Shown here: positions 1 through 9,043 of the stretch, one piece after another
How positions within the stretch are numbered: position 1 is the first letter of the stretch
Layout: every line of letters begins with the position of its first letter
Origin: a virus
IMG/VR virus record: IMGVR_UViG_3300045988_180912
Reading direction: 5' to 3' (one strand)
DNA: 15,424 nt
Position numbers and translations under genes: made by a program
Notes under the pieces: generated by a model
The model's input: only the letters and a program-made list of their open reading frames with translations
Databases searched by the model: none
Told to the model about the DNA's origin: nothing

Positions 1-1863
1 TGCATAAGATGAAGGTGGTAGAGAAATTGAATATACTTTTGAACCATTATATAAAAATTTGTCATTATTTAATGAAAATGTACATGTTGTTTCTTGATTA
101 GAATTAGATATGTTCATTTCATAACCGTCATATTGTGCAATGTCGTTGTAACTAATAGATGCTATTTCGTCACTAATAATAATATCGTTCATAAAAGGAT
201 AAATTACTTTGTCCTGACTTGTCAATGTTTTACTTCTTTTTATTATATTACTAATATGAATATTAGTATTTCTTGTACTAGATACTTTCAATAATCCGAT
301 ATAATTTAAAGTGTTAATATTAAAATTACTAATATTGCTAGAATTTGTTATAAAATAAGGATTACTTTGTCCATTATTAATTATTGATAAATTATCAATA
401 AATGTGTTTAACATTTTTTCGCTATATATTAAATCCTTATCTGTTAATAAAGGAGCGTTGCTTATATCAATTAAACAGTTTTTTATATTTATTAATCCAT
501 ACATTGTCATTATTAGCACGCTCTGTGTTTGACTTGATTGTATATTTTCTATTAAATCATCAATATTAATAATTGATTTTTCTTTTGATACTGTTACTGA
601 AAGCACACCATCTAATTTTAAAGTACCAATTTTTACATTATAGTTATCTGTGTAAGCGTTAGAGATAAAACCCTGATAGCCAGATCCTGTTTTTCCGTTT
701 AAATAACTATAAATGTTATTAATAGTTACATCTATAACATTATTTGCATTATATGGCTCAATGTCAAAACCACCGTTAGGCGAAGTACCACCATTATTAT
801 ATGTTATTAAATTATTAATGATTATTTTATAACCTGATGTGATAGATAAACCGTTTCTCCTATTATGATGACATACTAAATTATTAATTATTATATTAAT
901 AGGATTATTTAATAAATCATCTGTTGGACCTATGTAACAACCGTCTCCCCAACCATAAGAACATTGTACATTTTCTATATAAACATTTGAACTACCTATA
1001 ATTGATAAAGCGTGTCCAAATTCTCCTGTTTCTCCTGTATGTGTTTCCTTATCACCTATTAAATAGGCATTACCCAATATATTAACATTATTACATTTAT
1101 TAATATTTAAAATATTATATCCAGAAGAATTATTAGTAATCATTTTTAAAATCGTATTGTTAAAAGTTATTCTTGTATTGTTTATTAAAAGTAATCCATT
1201 TTTATTTATCATATATGTAGAATCATCAAAAATTATTGGTTTATTCATATTTATTATTTTTTGTAATATTTCAGTATCATCATGTGTTCCATCACCATAA
1301 GCACCTAATTGTTTAACATTAATTGAATCATTTATTATTAAAGTAGCATATAATCCATTATTTAACATTTCTTGGTATTCTGTTTCACTTTTGGTTGAAG
1401 TTATCTTATATAATGCATCTCCACCATCATTTTTTGAATAATAGCCTAGAGTTTTTGCAAAACTTCCATTAATTAAATTGGTTGCATTTTTCATTGATTC
1501 AACATTATCAAATGCAATTATTGCATTACTATTTAAATATGCTGCAACAATATCAGGAAGTGTTCCATCTGCGGCCATTTGGTCTAGTTTATTATTAATT
1601 TCTTGTTGTACATCTAAATTATCAAAATAATTATCAACATAATTTTTTAATTCAATAAATAAATTTTGTAATTCTGCAACAGCTTCAGCATTATTATTTA
1701 AAGCTGGAATTACTGATTCTTCAAGATAATGTCCAATTGCAATAATTTGTTCTTCATAAGTTAAACTTACTTTATAGCTTGTTGGAACCATTCCAATAGT
1801 ATAACAAAATTTATTTATAATATTTTGAACCTTTTCAGGTTTAATTAAATTTAAATTTTCCAT
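1..1863 (-). CDS. Pre-neck appendage / tail spike-like protein with right-handed beta-helix (pectate-lyase-like) region, 3' end beyond window
   Basis: Open (-) frame from ATG at 1863 (MENLNLIKPEKVQNIINKFCYTIGMVPTSYK...) to base 1 with no stop, so absent from the ORF track. AAAGGAG Shine-Dalgarno upstream. Contains VKQLGAYGDGTHDDTEILQKII followed by Asn/Ile-rich beta-helix rungs; sits after the lower collar gene. Confidence 0.85.
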   Translation of the reverse strand, partial: MENLNLIKPEKVQNIINKFCYTIGMVPTSYKVSLTYEEQIIAIGHYLEESVIPALNNNAEAVAELQNLFIELKNYVDNYFDNLDVQQEINNKLDQMAADGTLPDIVAAYLNSNAIIAFDNVESMKNATNLINGSFAKTLGYYSKNDGGDALYKITSTKSETEYQEMLNNGLYATLIINDSINVKQLGAYGDGTHDDTEILQKIINMNKPIIFDDSTYMINKNGLLLINNTRITFNNTILKMITNNSSGYNILNINKCNNVNILGNAYLIGDKETHTGETGEFGHALSIIGSSNVYIENVQCSYGWGDGCYIGPTDDLLNNPINIIINNLVCHHNRRNGLSITSGYKIIINNLITYNNGGTSPNGGFDIEPYNANNVIDVTINNIYSYLNGKTGSGYQGFISNAYTDNYNVKIGTLKLDGVLSVTVSKEKSIINIDDLIENIQSSQTQSVLIMTMYGLINIKNCLIDISNAPLLTDKDLIYSEKMLNTFIDNLSIINNGQSNPYFITNSSNISNFNINTLNYIGLLKVSSTRNTNIHISNIIKRSKTLTSQDKVIYPFMNDIIISDEIASISYNDIAQYDGYEMNISNSNQETTCTFSLNNDKFLYNGSKVYSISLPPSSYA

Positions 1864-1879
1864 TTTAAAAATCTCCTTT

Positions 1880-2566
1880 CTAATAAATGCCCATAAACAA
1901 TTTTGAAAGTTCGTTTATTATTTCTTCATCAATAGCAACTATTATTTCTCTATATTCTTTTACTAAACGTTGGTTTGTAATAATAACACCATTGTCACCT
2001 TCTTCATGACGTGTAAATTTTTCTATTGTATTTGAAGAACTTTCTGCATTTGTTTCATCTTGAATATTGCTTGAAGTATCACTTTGATTTACTTGTGAAG
2101 CATAAGCGCCTGTGCTTAAATCTTGTTTTGTGATTCTTGTTTGTGGTGTATCGTTATTTATATTTAAACCACTTGCATTATTTTTAGAATTTGAATTTGA
2201 TTTTCCTTCACTTGAACCTGCAATTTCACGTGTATAGGTTTCTGTAAAATCTACGTTTGAAAGTGGGTCATATTCTAAAAAGTTTGAGTATATTTTTGGA
2301 AATTGTCTTTCCATAATTTCTTGCATTGTAACTTTTGCATAATGTTTAAATAAAGCTGGAGTTTCAAAACCTATTTCACGCATATAGTAATGGTCAACAA
2401 TTTTTTCTGCAAGGCGGTCTTTTGACCACACACCAAATTTTTCAATTTGTTCAATTTGTTTAGGTGTCAAATAATTTGAAATATTATAATCTTTAAACCA
2501 TTTTTCTACTTCATCACGACCGTATATATCACAAATACGTCTTAATTCAATTGTATAATTTGCCAT
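1880..2566 (-). CDS. Lower collar protein (phi29 gp11-like)
   Basis: 228 aa ORF; N-terminus ICDIYGRDEVEKWFKDYNISNYLTPKQIEQI resembles phi29-like lower collar proteins; directly downstream of the connector. Confidence 0.85.
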   Translation of the reverse strand: MANYTIELRRICDIYGRDEVEKWFKDYNISNYLTPKQIEQIEKFGVWSKDRLAEKIVDHYYMREIGFETPALFKHYAKVTMQEIMERQFPKIYSNFLEYDPLSNVDFTETYTREIAGSSEGKSNSNSKNNASGLNINNDTPQTRITKQDLSTGAYASQVNQSDTSSNIQDETNAESSSNTIEKFTRHEEGDNGVIITNQRLVKEYREIIVAIDEEIINELSKLFMGIY

Positions 2567-3561
2567 TATTCAACACCACCTTCCGTATTAATTTGTTCAT
2601 CTATTTCGTCAAGTTTTTTATAATCGTTTACAATACTTTGTGCATTTTTTATAATATTGTGTAAGTCACTTCTAACACGAACTGAAATTTCTTTGTTTGT
2701 ACCTGTTAAACCAAACTTTTCATTGAATTGTCTACATGCTTCTTGACGTGGTGCAAGATAACTTTGTAAATTTAAATTTATAAGTTCGTTATTTGAATTT
2801 GCTTCATCAGTAATTAAACGTTCTTTCTTATCTACCATTATATTATTAATTCCCAAAAAGGTTAATGCTTCATTCCAAATTTCTTTTTTATAATCAATAA
2901 TTTTATCTGCAATAAAAGGTGCGTCTGTTTTAATTGAACGTAAACTGTCTGGATTTAAATTTTTCTTATCTCCAAAAATAAATGGTTTATTTCCGTCATA
3001 TTGTGAATACATATTTTCCATTGTTAAACGTTGTGTTTCATCTACCAATAAAAGTACAGGTGTTTTTTGTGCTTTTATGTTTACGTCTGCGGTTCTTTCT
3101 GCTTCATATAAACGTAATGCGAAAAGTTCCATTGAACCTGCAGTTGGTGTTCTGTCCCAGTTATTTTGAACAAGAATACATTCGTAAAATTCACGTTGTT
3201 CTTTTTGTGCGTCTGTAAGTCCTTCAATTAATCCTGTGTATAATTTTCTGTTGCTATTATAACCAAATGAATAACAATTAAAATTGACAGGAAGTCCGTA
3301 AATATTTAAATCCCCATTTGTGCAACAATTTGTATTAATAAACCCAAAACGTTTGTCTTTAAGGAGACTTGCTTGACCGTTATAATACAAACATTTTTCA
3401 AGCCACATTGCATTCATTGATTTTGGAAGGTTCACCCATTCAAAAACGGAAAGTGCGACTTTTTTAAAACGTTCAAGATAATCAATAAACGTTGCATCAT
3501 TTACAAGAACATTATCAACAAATTGGTAATTGTGACGCATAAAGCTTTTGCGTTTTCCCAT
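2566..3561 (-). CDS. Upper collar / portal connector protein (phi29 gp10-like)
   Basis: 331 aa ORF (RKSFMRHNYQFVDNVLVNDATFIDYLERFKKVALSVFEWVNLP...), syntenic between tail knob and lower collar. Confidence 0.85.
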   Translation of the reverse strand: MGKRKSFMRHNYQFVDNVLVNDATFIDYLERFKKVALSVFEWVNLPKSMNAMWLEKCLYYNGQASLLKDKRFGFINTNCCTNGDLNIYGLPVNFNCYSFGYNSNRKLYTGLIEGLTDAQKEQREFYECILVQNNWDRTPTAGSMELFALRLYEAERTADVNIKAQKTPVLLLVDETQRLTMENMYSQYDGNKPFIFGDKKNLNPDSLRSIKTDAPFIADKIIDYKKEIWNEALTFLGINNIMVDKKERLITDEANSNNELINLNLQSYLAPRQEACRQFNEKFGLTGTNKEISVRVRSDLHNIIKNAQSIVNDYKKLDEIDEQINTEGGVE

Positions 3562-3579
3562 TTTTCATTTTCTCCTTTC

Positions 3580-5244
3580 TTATCTATTATTTTGTGAATA
3601 ATCAAGAAATGTTGCAGGGTTGTGCCAAAAAGTGATCCCATTGTCAAACATTTCTTTAATAGTTTGTAAATCATATTGTGGAATATTTCCAAGAATATTT
3701 GCACCTTGTGTTTTTATATAATTCCAATTAGGTCTTGAATTAATATTTATATTTTTTAATGTATTTATTGTATAACCATACATGTCAAAATATTTGTCAA
3801 GACGTTTTGCAAATTCACTTTTTATTGTATAACGTGTAAATATGTTTTTGTCAAACATATTATAACCAAGTAAAGTGGAATTTGAAGAAGATAAACTCGC
3901 ATTATCAGGGAGCATTGCTTGTTTTTCTATTTGTGCCATTTGATTTTTTATATAAAATTCATGGTTCTTATCTAAACTCATAAGATCAATGCCTTTGTCA
4001 ATAAACCCACTAAAACCACCTAACATTGAAGAAGGCTTTCCTGAAAGCATTCCTGTCATATCTCCAACCATTCCCAAGCCACCTTTTACTGCGTCAACTG
4101 TATAATTGTAATTTTCTTGTTGCATTTGTAAAGAAATAATATCATTATTTTGAGCAAGCCATACATTAAATGTATCTGTTTTAAATGAAATTGTAGGGTA
4201 GCCATTAAGTGAAGCATTGTCACTTAAACTATCACCACTTGCACCCCTGTAATTTTGTGGTATGAACTGAACAGTTGGATTTGGATTTATTTCACTCATT
4301 ATTTTAAATGAAGGTGTTGCATTTGCAAAATCTTCATATCTATAAATTTTCTTTGTTCCATTTTGTGGGTTAAAAGCTAAATAAATATAAGGGTAAGTTA
4401 ATAATTTTTTATTTCGTGGTGTGTAGCCGTCTAAAGAATTACTTCTTGCAAGTAAAGTTTTAATTTTTGGTGATTCTGAAAAATTACGTTGTACAAATTC
4501 AAATTTGTAAGTGGTTTGTCCTGGTGGGTCATTAGGTAATAAACTTTGAACTGCAAGTTGTGGAACAGTGAACACAGTTAAAACCTTATCACTGTTTGCA
4601 TTTTTATTCATAATATTCATTAATACTTTAAAACCGTTTGAATTTGCAACTGCAAATGTAACGCTTGAATAAATACCATTATAGCTATACCCTTCTTGCT
4701 TAATTTGAACAGGTGGGTCATCTCCTACTTGATAACTGTCACCAGTATATGCTACTACATAGGCAGGTTCTAATTCGTCCAATTCTGCAGTTCCTTCAAC
4801 TTTTAATTCTCCAAATTCTAAACCTTCAGGAATTAAGTTATTACCAGGTGTATCATCTGCAACAGGAACAATTTCACGTTCAACAAAACTTTGCTTATAA
4901 ATCAAATCAAACTGCCACGTTTGAAAACAGTCCGTTGCAATTGAAATTTCTGTTAAATTATCATTTATATAGCGCATTCCTGTAATAAAAGCATAAAACC
5001 ATTTATTACTATAATTTTCATTTTTATACATACAATAATCATAAGTTATAATGTTATCAATATGTCTATTAAAACGAATTACATTATCTTTACGTTGGTA
5101 ACTTGCATTTATATCTTCTGTGTATGGAAGTGATAAAAAGTATTGTTCTTGTGCTTGTAAATTTGAAAATGTAATTTGGTTTTTATTACTTAATGTTAAG
5201 GGACATTTTATTAAACGTATATCAGTTTGTGGTGAAATTGCCAT
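3580..5244 (-). CDS. Tail knob / distal tail tube protein (phi29 gp9-like)
   Basis: 554 aa ORF; MAISPQTDIRLIKCPLTLSNKNQITFSNLQAQEQYFLSL... typical N-terminus; AGGAG-type ribosome binding site upstream. Confidence 0.85.
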   Translation of the reverse strand: MAISPQTDIRLIKCPLTLSNKNQITFSNLQAQEQYFLSLPYTEDINASYQRKDNVIRFNRHIDNIITYDYCMYKNENYSNKWFYAFITGMRYINDNLTEISIATDCFQTWQFDLIYKQSFVEREIVPVADDTPGNNLIPEGLEFGELKVEGTAELDELEPAYVVAYTGDSYQVGDDPPVQIKQEGYSYNGIYSSVTFAVANSNGFKVLMNIMNKNANSDKVLTVFTVPQLAVQSLLPNDPPGQTTYKFEFVQRNFSESPKIKTLLARSNSLDGYTPRNKKLLTYPYIYLAFNPQNGTKKIYRYEDFANATPSFKIMSEINPNPTVQFIPQNYRGASGDSLSDNASLNGYPTISFKTDTFNVWLAQNNDIISLQMQQENYNYTVDAVKGGLGMVGDMTGMLSGKPSSMLGGFSGFIDKGIDLMSLDKNHEFYIKNQMAQIEKQAMLPDNASLSSSNSTLLGYNMFDKNIFTRYTIKSEFAKRLDKYFDMYGYTINTLKNININSRPNWNYIKTQGANILGNIPQYDLQTIKEMFDNGITFWHNPATFLDYSQNNR

Positions 5245-5264
5245 TTGTAATTTCTCCTTTCTAT

Positions 5265-5300
5265 AAAAATAAGGGAAGGAAGTTTTTAATTCCTTCCCTT
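5265..5300 (-). terminator. Intrinsic terminator between MCP and tail knob genes
   Basis: Perfect 11-bp inverted repeat AAGGGAAGGAA (5271-5281) / TTCCTTCCCTT (5290-5300), 8-nt loop; on the (-) strand followed by TTATTTTTATAG. Confidence 0.75.
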
Positions 5301-5319
5301 TATAAGGGTAAATATTTTA

Positions 5320-6649
5320 TTATTCTCCTTCAACTGTAACTGTAACAGTACCTGTTATATTTCCACTTGTAGCAGTTATTACAGAAGTTCCTGCCTTTAC
5401 GCCTGTAACTTCAACTGTTTTATTGTCTACTTTTCTAACAGTAGCATTTGCTGTTGTTCCTGAAGTAAATGTTATTTCGCTAGTTGTTTGAGCAGGGGTT
5501 GTTGCTAATTTTAATAAGATTTTATTTCCAACTGTAACTTTTGGTGCAGTTTCTTCAAACTTCATTTCAGTAACAGGAACAGAAGGAAGTGCAGTTGCAA
5601 AAACAACTCCGGTTGCTAAATAACGAGTAAGAATACATACGAACGCAGTTAAGGTAATATTGCCACGTACGGTTGTTAGCGTTATAGAATTCGTCCATTG
5701 TTGTCTCTTGTTCTTTTATTCTAAACCATGACTTGTCTGCTATCATTCCAACTATGTTTGAACCGTCAAATATTAGTTTTCCTTCATTGTCATATTCATT
5801 AAAATCATTTACATAAATAATATTCCCTAAAAGTACGCTTCTGTCAATATTAAAAGTTTGGGCCAAAATATTGACGTCCATATACGCACCTATATCATTA
5901 CGAACTAAGAAAACAATATCTTCTGGATTTGACCATGTTAAAATATCTCTACCATAGCCACCAACTTGACGCCAAGCATTAAAGTTTGGTGTAGGTGTTT
6001 GCATATTTAAGAACATTGTTCTTGCTTTTGTAATAAATTCTTTTGCAAGAGCTTCTGTGTTTGGATTAGATATAACTTCAACACGAACATTATTTGAAGC
6101 ATATGCACTTGAAACAAGTCCTTTTGTCATGTTATATTGGTCAATATATGCACCATTATATAAACTTTGTGTTAATCCGTCAATAAAGTTTTCCAATGTA
6201 GACCAAGAAACAAATGCGTCTTTTAGTTTTGCTCTTGTTATTGTTACACAATATTGAAGGTCACTGTTTAAATGATGATATTGAACCTTAACGTCTGCTT
6301 CATATTTTGCAAGTAATCCTGCAAAATCATCAACATTAAATTTTCTACCCCTTGCAGGATTAATAAATATTTCTTGACCAATAGAACCTAAAGGAATTCT
6401 ATCACCTTCAAGAACTCTTAAAGGGTTGTTGAATAGTTTTATATCAACTTGTGTATAAACTATTCTTTGAACTAAAACGTTCATAAATTCATTCATAACA
6501 TTTGGATTATCAAGAATTGGACTTGCAAAACTTCCAATGTCACTTGTTGGAAGAATTTCAGGTACATATCTGTGATAAAGTGTATTGTTCTGAATGCTTG
6601 TTTCCCTTATTGAATTAAGGGAAGTCCTTAAACCTTCTGGAATTGCCAT
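5320..6649 (-). CDS. Major capsid protein with C-terminal Ig-like (BIG_2-type) domain; needs +1 shift at CGG 5611..5609
   Basis: Join (6649..5612, 5610..5320) gives 442 aa. Frame A ends ...TWQYYLNCVRMYSYSLFSN, then CGGA, then VVFATALPSVPVTEMKFEETAPKVTVGNKILLKLATTPAQTTSEITFTSG...VKAGTSVITATSGNITGTVTVTVEGE. phi29 gp8 is similarly sized with a C-terminal BIG2 domain. Confidence 0.88.
5608..5611 (-). other. +1 frameshift / quadruplet site 1 (AAC CGGA GTT)
   Basis: In-frame CGG; skipping C at 5611 restores SN-G-VVFATALP. Confidence 0.8.
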
Positions 6650-6696
6650 TTTTAAAAATCTCCTTTCAATTTTATTTCAAAATATTTGATACTAAA

Positions 6697-6725
6697 ATAA
6701 TATAACAAAAACAAATTTTTGTCAA
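6697..6725 (-). promoter_or_regulatory. Near-consensus leftward promoter upstream of MCP
   Basis: (-) strand TTGACA (6725-6720), 17-nt spacer, TATTAT (6702-6697). Confidence 0.65.
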
Positions 6726-6726
6726 C

Positions 6727-7053
6727 TTATCTTTTAAAATTTCCTTTTTCATCAAAAACACTTCTATAATCAAATGGTTTTGGTGGTTCATCTTCTTTTG
6801 GTTCATTTTTATTTATAAGTCCACCTTCATCACCCATTGCAACTTGCTGAAGTAAATTTCCATTTGAAGTAATTAATGCCTCCTTGTCTTGTTCTAGTTT
6901 TGAAATTCTTTCATCACGCCCTTTTAAGTCTTTATTCATTGTTGCATTGTCTGTGATTAATTTTCCAAGGTCATCTGCAATTAAACTTGTGTTTTCTTTT
7001 CCAAGTTTATCTTGAATTGACTTTGTGATTTTTTCAAATTCTTTTTCAGTCAT
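6727..7053 (-). CDS. Head scaffolding protein (phi29 gp7-like)
   Basis: 108 aa, highly charged coiled-coil (NATMNKDLKGRDERISKLEQDKEALITSNGNLLQQVA), immediately upstream of MCP, size as for phi29 gp7. Confidence 0.75.
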   Translation of the reverse strand: MTEKEFEKITKSIQDKLGKENTSLIADDLGKLITDNATMNKDLKGRDERISKLEQDKEALITSNGNLLQQVAMGDEGGLINKNEPKEDEPPKPFDYRSVFDEKGNFKR

Positions 7054-7069
7054 TTTTATTTTCTCCTTT

Positions 7070-7676
7070 CTACCAATAAATTATTCGTTTTTTTCTTGAC
7101 TTAAATTTTAGCCATTTATTTTTATTTGAACTTGAAGATATAATTCCGCCTAAATATTCAAACCAAAATTCTGCTTGAGTTCCTCTTGCTGGTTGGTTTG
7201 GGTCTGCTGGTCTTTCGTAATTTGCTAAAAAAGCTAAAGCTAAATTATATGGTGTATCTGTTGAATGTGTAAATTGCTCAAAAGTATAATTATAACTACT
7301 TGTCGCAATCCATTGTATATTATTTTCAACTTCATATAAAATTCTTGATATATTATTATCCATAGTTGAAGGGTCACCACTTACCCAGTTAGTATATTTT
7401 GTATATGGAGTCCATTGAACTAAGCCATATCCAGCATCTGAAGGGTCGGACGGTGCTACTATATCACTTTGCCAACGTCCGAGGATTTATTGCACTTTCA
7501 CTTTGCATATTTCCTAACATTCCCGCAACTGCATTTAATGTCCAGCCTTGTTCTCGTAAATAGTTCCATATATATGTCGCATTTATTTTTTCTTGCTCTA
7601 ATGTTAGACTTTGACTTGAATTATAAGTGTTTCCCCAATATGTTCCATAAGTTCCAGTTCTTTGTTCTAGTGCCAT
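7070..7676 (-). CDS. gp13-like morphogenesis / tail lysozyme protein (N-terminal glycosidase-like domain); needs +1 shift at CGG 7481..7479
   Basis: Join (7676..7482, 7480..7070) gives 201 aa: ...[20 protein letters not shown]-[CGGA][31 protein letters not shown]...[27 protein letters not shown], closely matching the phi29 gp13 pattern SESTINPGLWQ...GLVQWTP...ASYERPANPNQPERG. Confidence 0.88.
7478..7481 (-). other. +1 frameshift / quadruplet site 2 (CCT CGGA CGT)
   Basis: In-frame CGG; skipping C at 7481 restores INP-G-RWQ. Confidence 0.82.
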
Positions 7677-7679
7677 TAT

Positions 7680-8564
7680 TTATTTCAACCTTTCATTTAC
7701 TATTTTTTGAATTTCATTATAATTATAACCTGCTTTTGTTAATCTGTTTTTTCTATCTTGACCGTTTCCCCATAATCCTTGAATAACTTCTGTTGCTAAA
7801 TCATAATTTGATTTTTTATTTCCAAGTAATCTGTCATTCACAATTTTTTGAATTTCTTCATAATTATAACCTGCTTTTGTTAATCTGTTTTTTCTGTCTT
7901 GACCGTTTCCCCATAATCCTTGAATAACTTCTGTTGCTAAATCATAATTTGATTTTTTATTTTCCACAGGGTGTGCAAAATCCTGTGAATAACATTTATT
8001 TAAATCAACAAAACTTTCTATGCCGTCAAGTTTTCCTTTACTTGAATATTGCCAAAAATCAACAGGAAATTGAACATTTGGATTTTCGTCATTGTTCCAA
8101 AGTGCAAGCCATATATAATTAAATTCACTTGCTATTTCATAAGGGTTTAAATAATTTTTGAACCAATTCAAATTTGCATAAACTCCTGCTTTGTAACCTG
8201 CATTTCTTATTATTTTGCACCATTCATTTGCCATTTCTGTCAAAACTTCTTTTCCAATAAGTGCTTGTTTACTTTCTTCCATATCATAGAAAATTGGTAA
8301 GTCAAATTGTTTTCCTTTTATAATTTTAAGTGTATTTTCTGCTTCAAGTTTTGCGCCTTCTTTTACATATGCATAACTATAAAGATAAGCGCCCACCTTT
8401 ATACCTGCATTTTTTAATCCTTCAAAATGCGTTTCAAACATACTATCTTTTTGATTTATTTGTTTTCCATAACCTAAACGAATTATTGCAAATTCAATTC
8501 CTTGTTCTTTTAATTTTGAATAATTTATATTTTCTTGCCATTCTGAAATATCAATTCCCTTCAT
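7680..8564 (-). CDS. Endolysin: GH25 (lysozyme/muramidase) catalytic domain plus two C-terminal CW_7 (Cpl-7-like) cell-wall-binding repeats
   Basis: 294 aa; MKGIDISEWQENINYSKLKEQGIEFAIIRLGYG...KVGAYLYSYA...LPIFYDMEE is canonical GH25; tandem YDLATEVIQGLWGNGQDRKNRLTKAGYNYxEIQKIVNxRL. Confidence 0.93.
   Translation of the reverse strand: MKGIDISEWQENINYSKLKEQGIEFAIIRLGYGKQINQKDSMFETHFEGLKNAGIKVGAYLYSYAYVKEGAKLEAENTLKIIKGKQFDLPIFYDMEESKQALIGKEVLTEMANEWCKIIRNAGYKAGVYANLNWFKNYLNPYEIASEFNYIWLALWNNDENPNVQFPVDFWQYSSKGKLDGIESFVDLNKCYSQDFAHPVENKKSNYDLATEVIQGLWGNGQDRKNRLTKAGYNYEEIQKIVNDRLLGNKKSNYDLATEVIQGLWGNGQDRKNRLTKAGYNYNEIQKIVNERLK
7702..7962 (-). repeat. Tandem direct repeat encoding the two CW_7 motifs
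   Basis: Copies 7702-7821 and 7843-7962 are almost identical (3 mismatches counted in 120 nt), period 141 nt = 47 codons. Confidence 0.88.
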
Positions 8565-8986
8565 TATTTTTCACCTTCTTTTATTTCTCCTGTAAATTCT
8601 TTCATTATATTTTCAAGATAAACTTGTAATTTTTTAGGAATTGGAAGTTTACACAATATCATATTTTTAAATATTGAAAGTATTTCAAATATTATAAATA
8701 GAATATTGAATAAACTTGAAATTCCAACTTTTCCTAATTTTAAAATTTCTTTTATGGTTGCAGGAATAAATCCTATTAAATCAAAATGAATAATTGAGTC
8801 AATTATTGTTAAAAATACAATAACAATAAGCATTCCAACTTTTCTAATCATTCCATCAATTCCAATACATGAATTTACAGTTCTTTCACGTAATGCACGT
8901 AAAATTCCTAAAATTAAATCAAGTACAATTACAACAATTAAAACTTTCATTCCGTCATTATTTAAAAGTGAAATAAATTTTTCCAT
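8564..8986 (-). CDS. Holin (Cph1/toxin-secretion-type phage holin family)
   Basis: 140 aa; several hydrophobic segments with LRALRERTVNSCIGIDGMIRKVGMLIVIVFL typical of this family; start/stop overlap with endolysin. Confidence 0.82.
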   Translation of the reverse strand: MEKFISLLNNDGMKVLIVVIVLDLILGILRALRERTVNSCIGIDGMIRKVGMLIVIVFLTIIDSIIHFDLIGFIPATIKEILKLGKVGISSLFNILFIIFEILSIFKNMILCKLPIPKKLQVYLENIMKEFTGEIKEGEK

Positions 8987-9043
8987 TTTTCATTTCTCCT
9001 TCACAATATATTATAAACATATTTTTGTAATTTCATTATATCA

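Noticed and set aside
94-3704. Plus-strand ORFs 94..294, 2982..3218, 3501..3704, 4713..4985, 6057..6257, 7469..7786, 7934..8122, 8330..8629, 9425..9616, 12211..12435 (labels include both strands in the track)
   Set aside because: They are antisense to well-supported leftward genes, with low-complexity composition and no ribosome binding sites.
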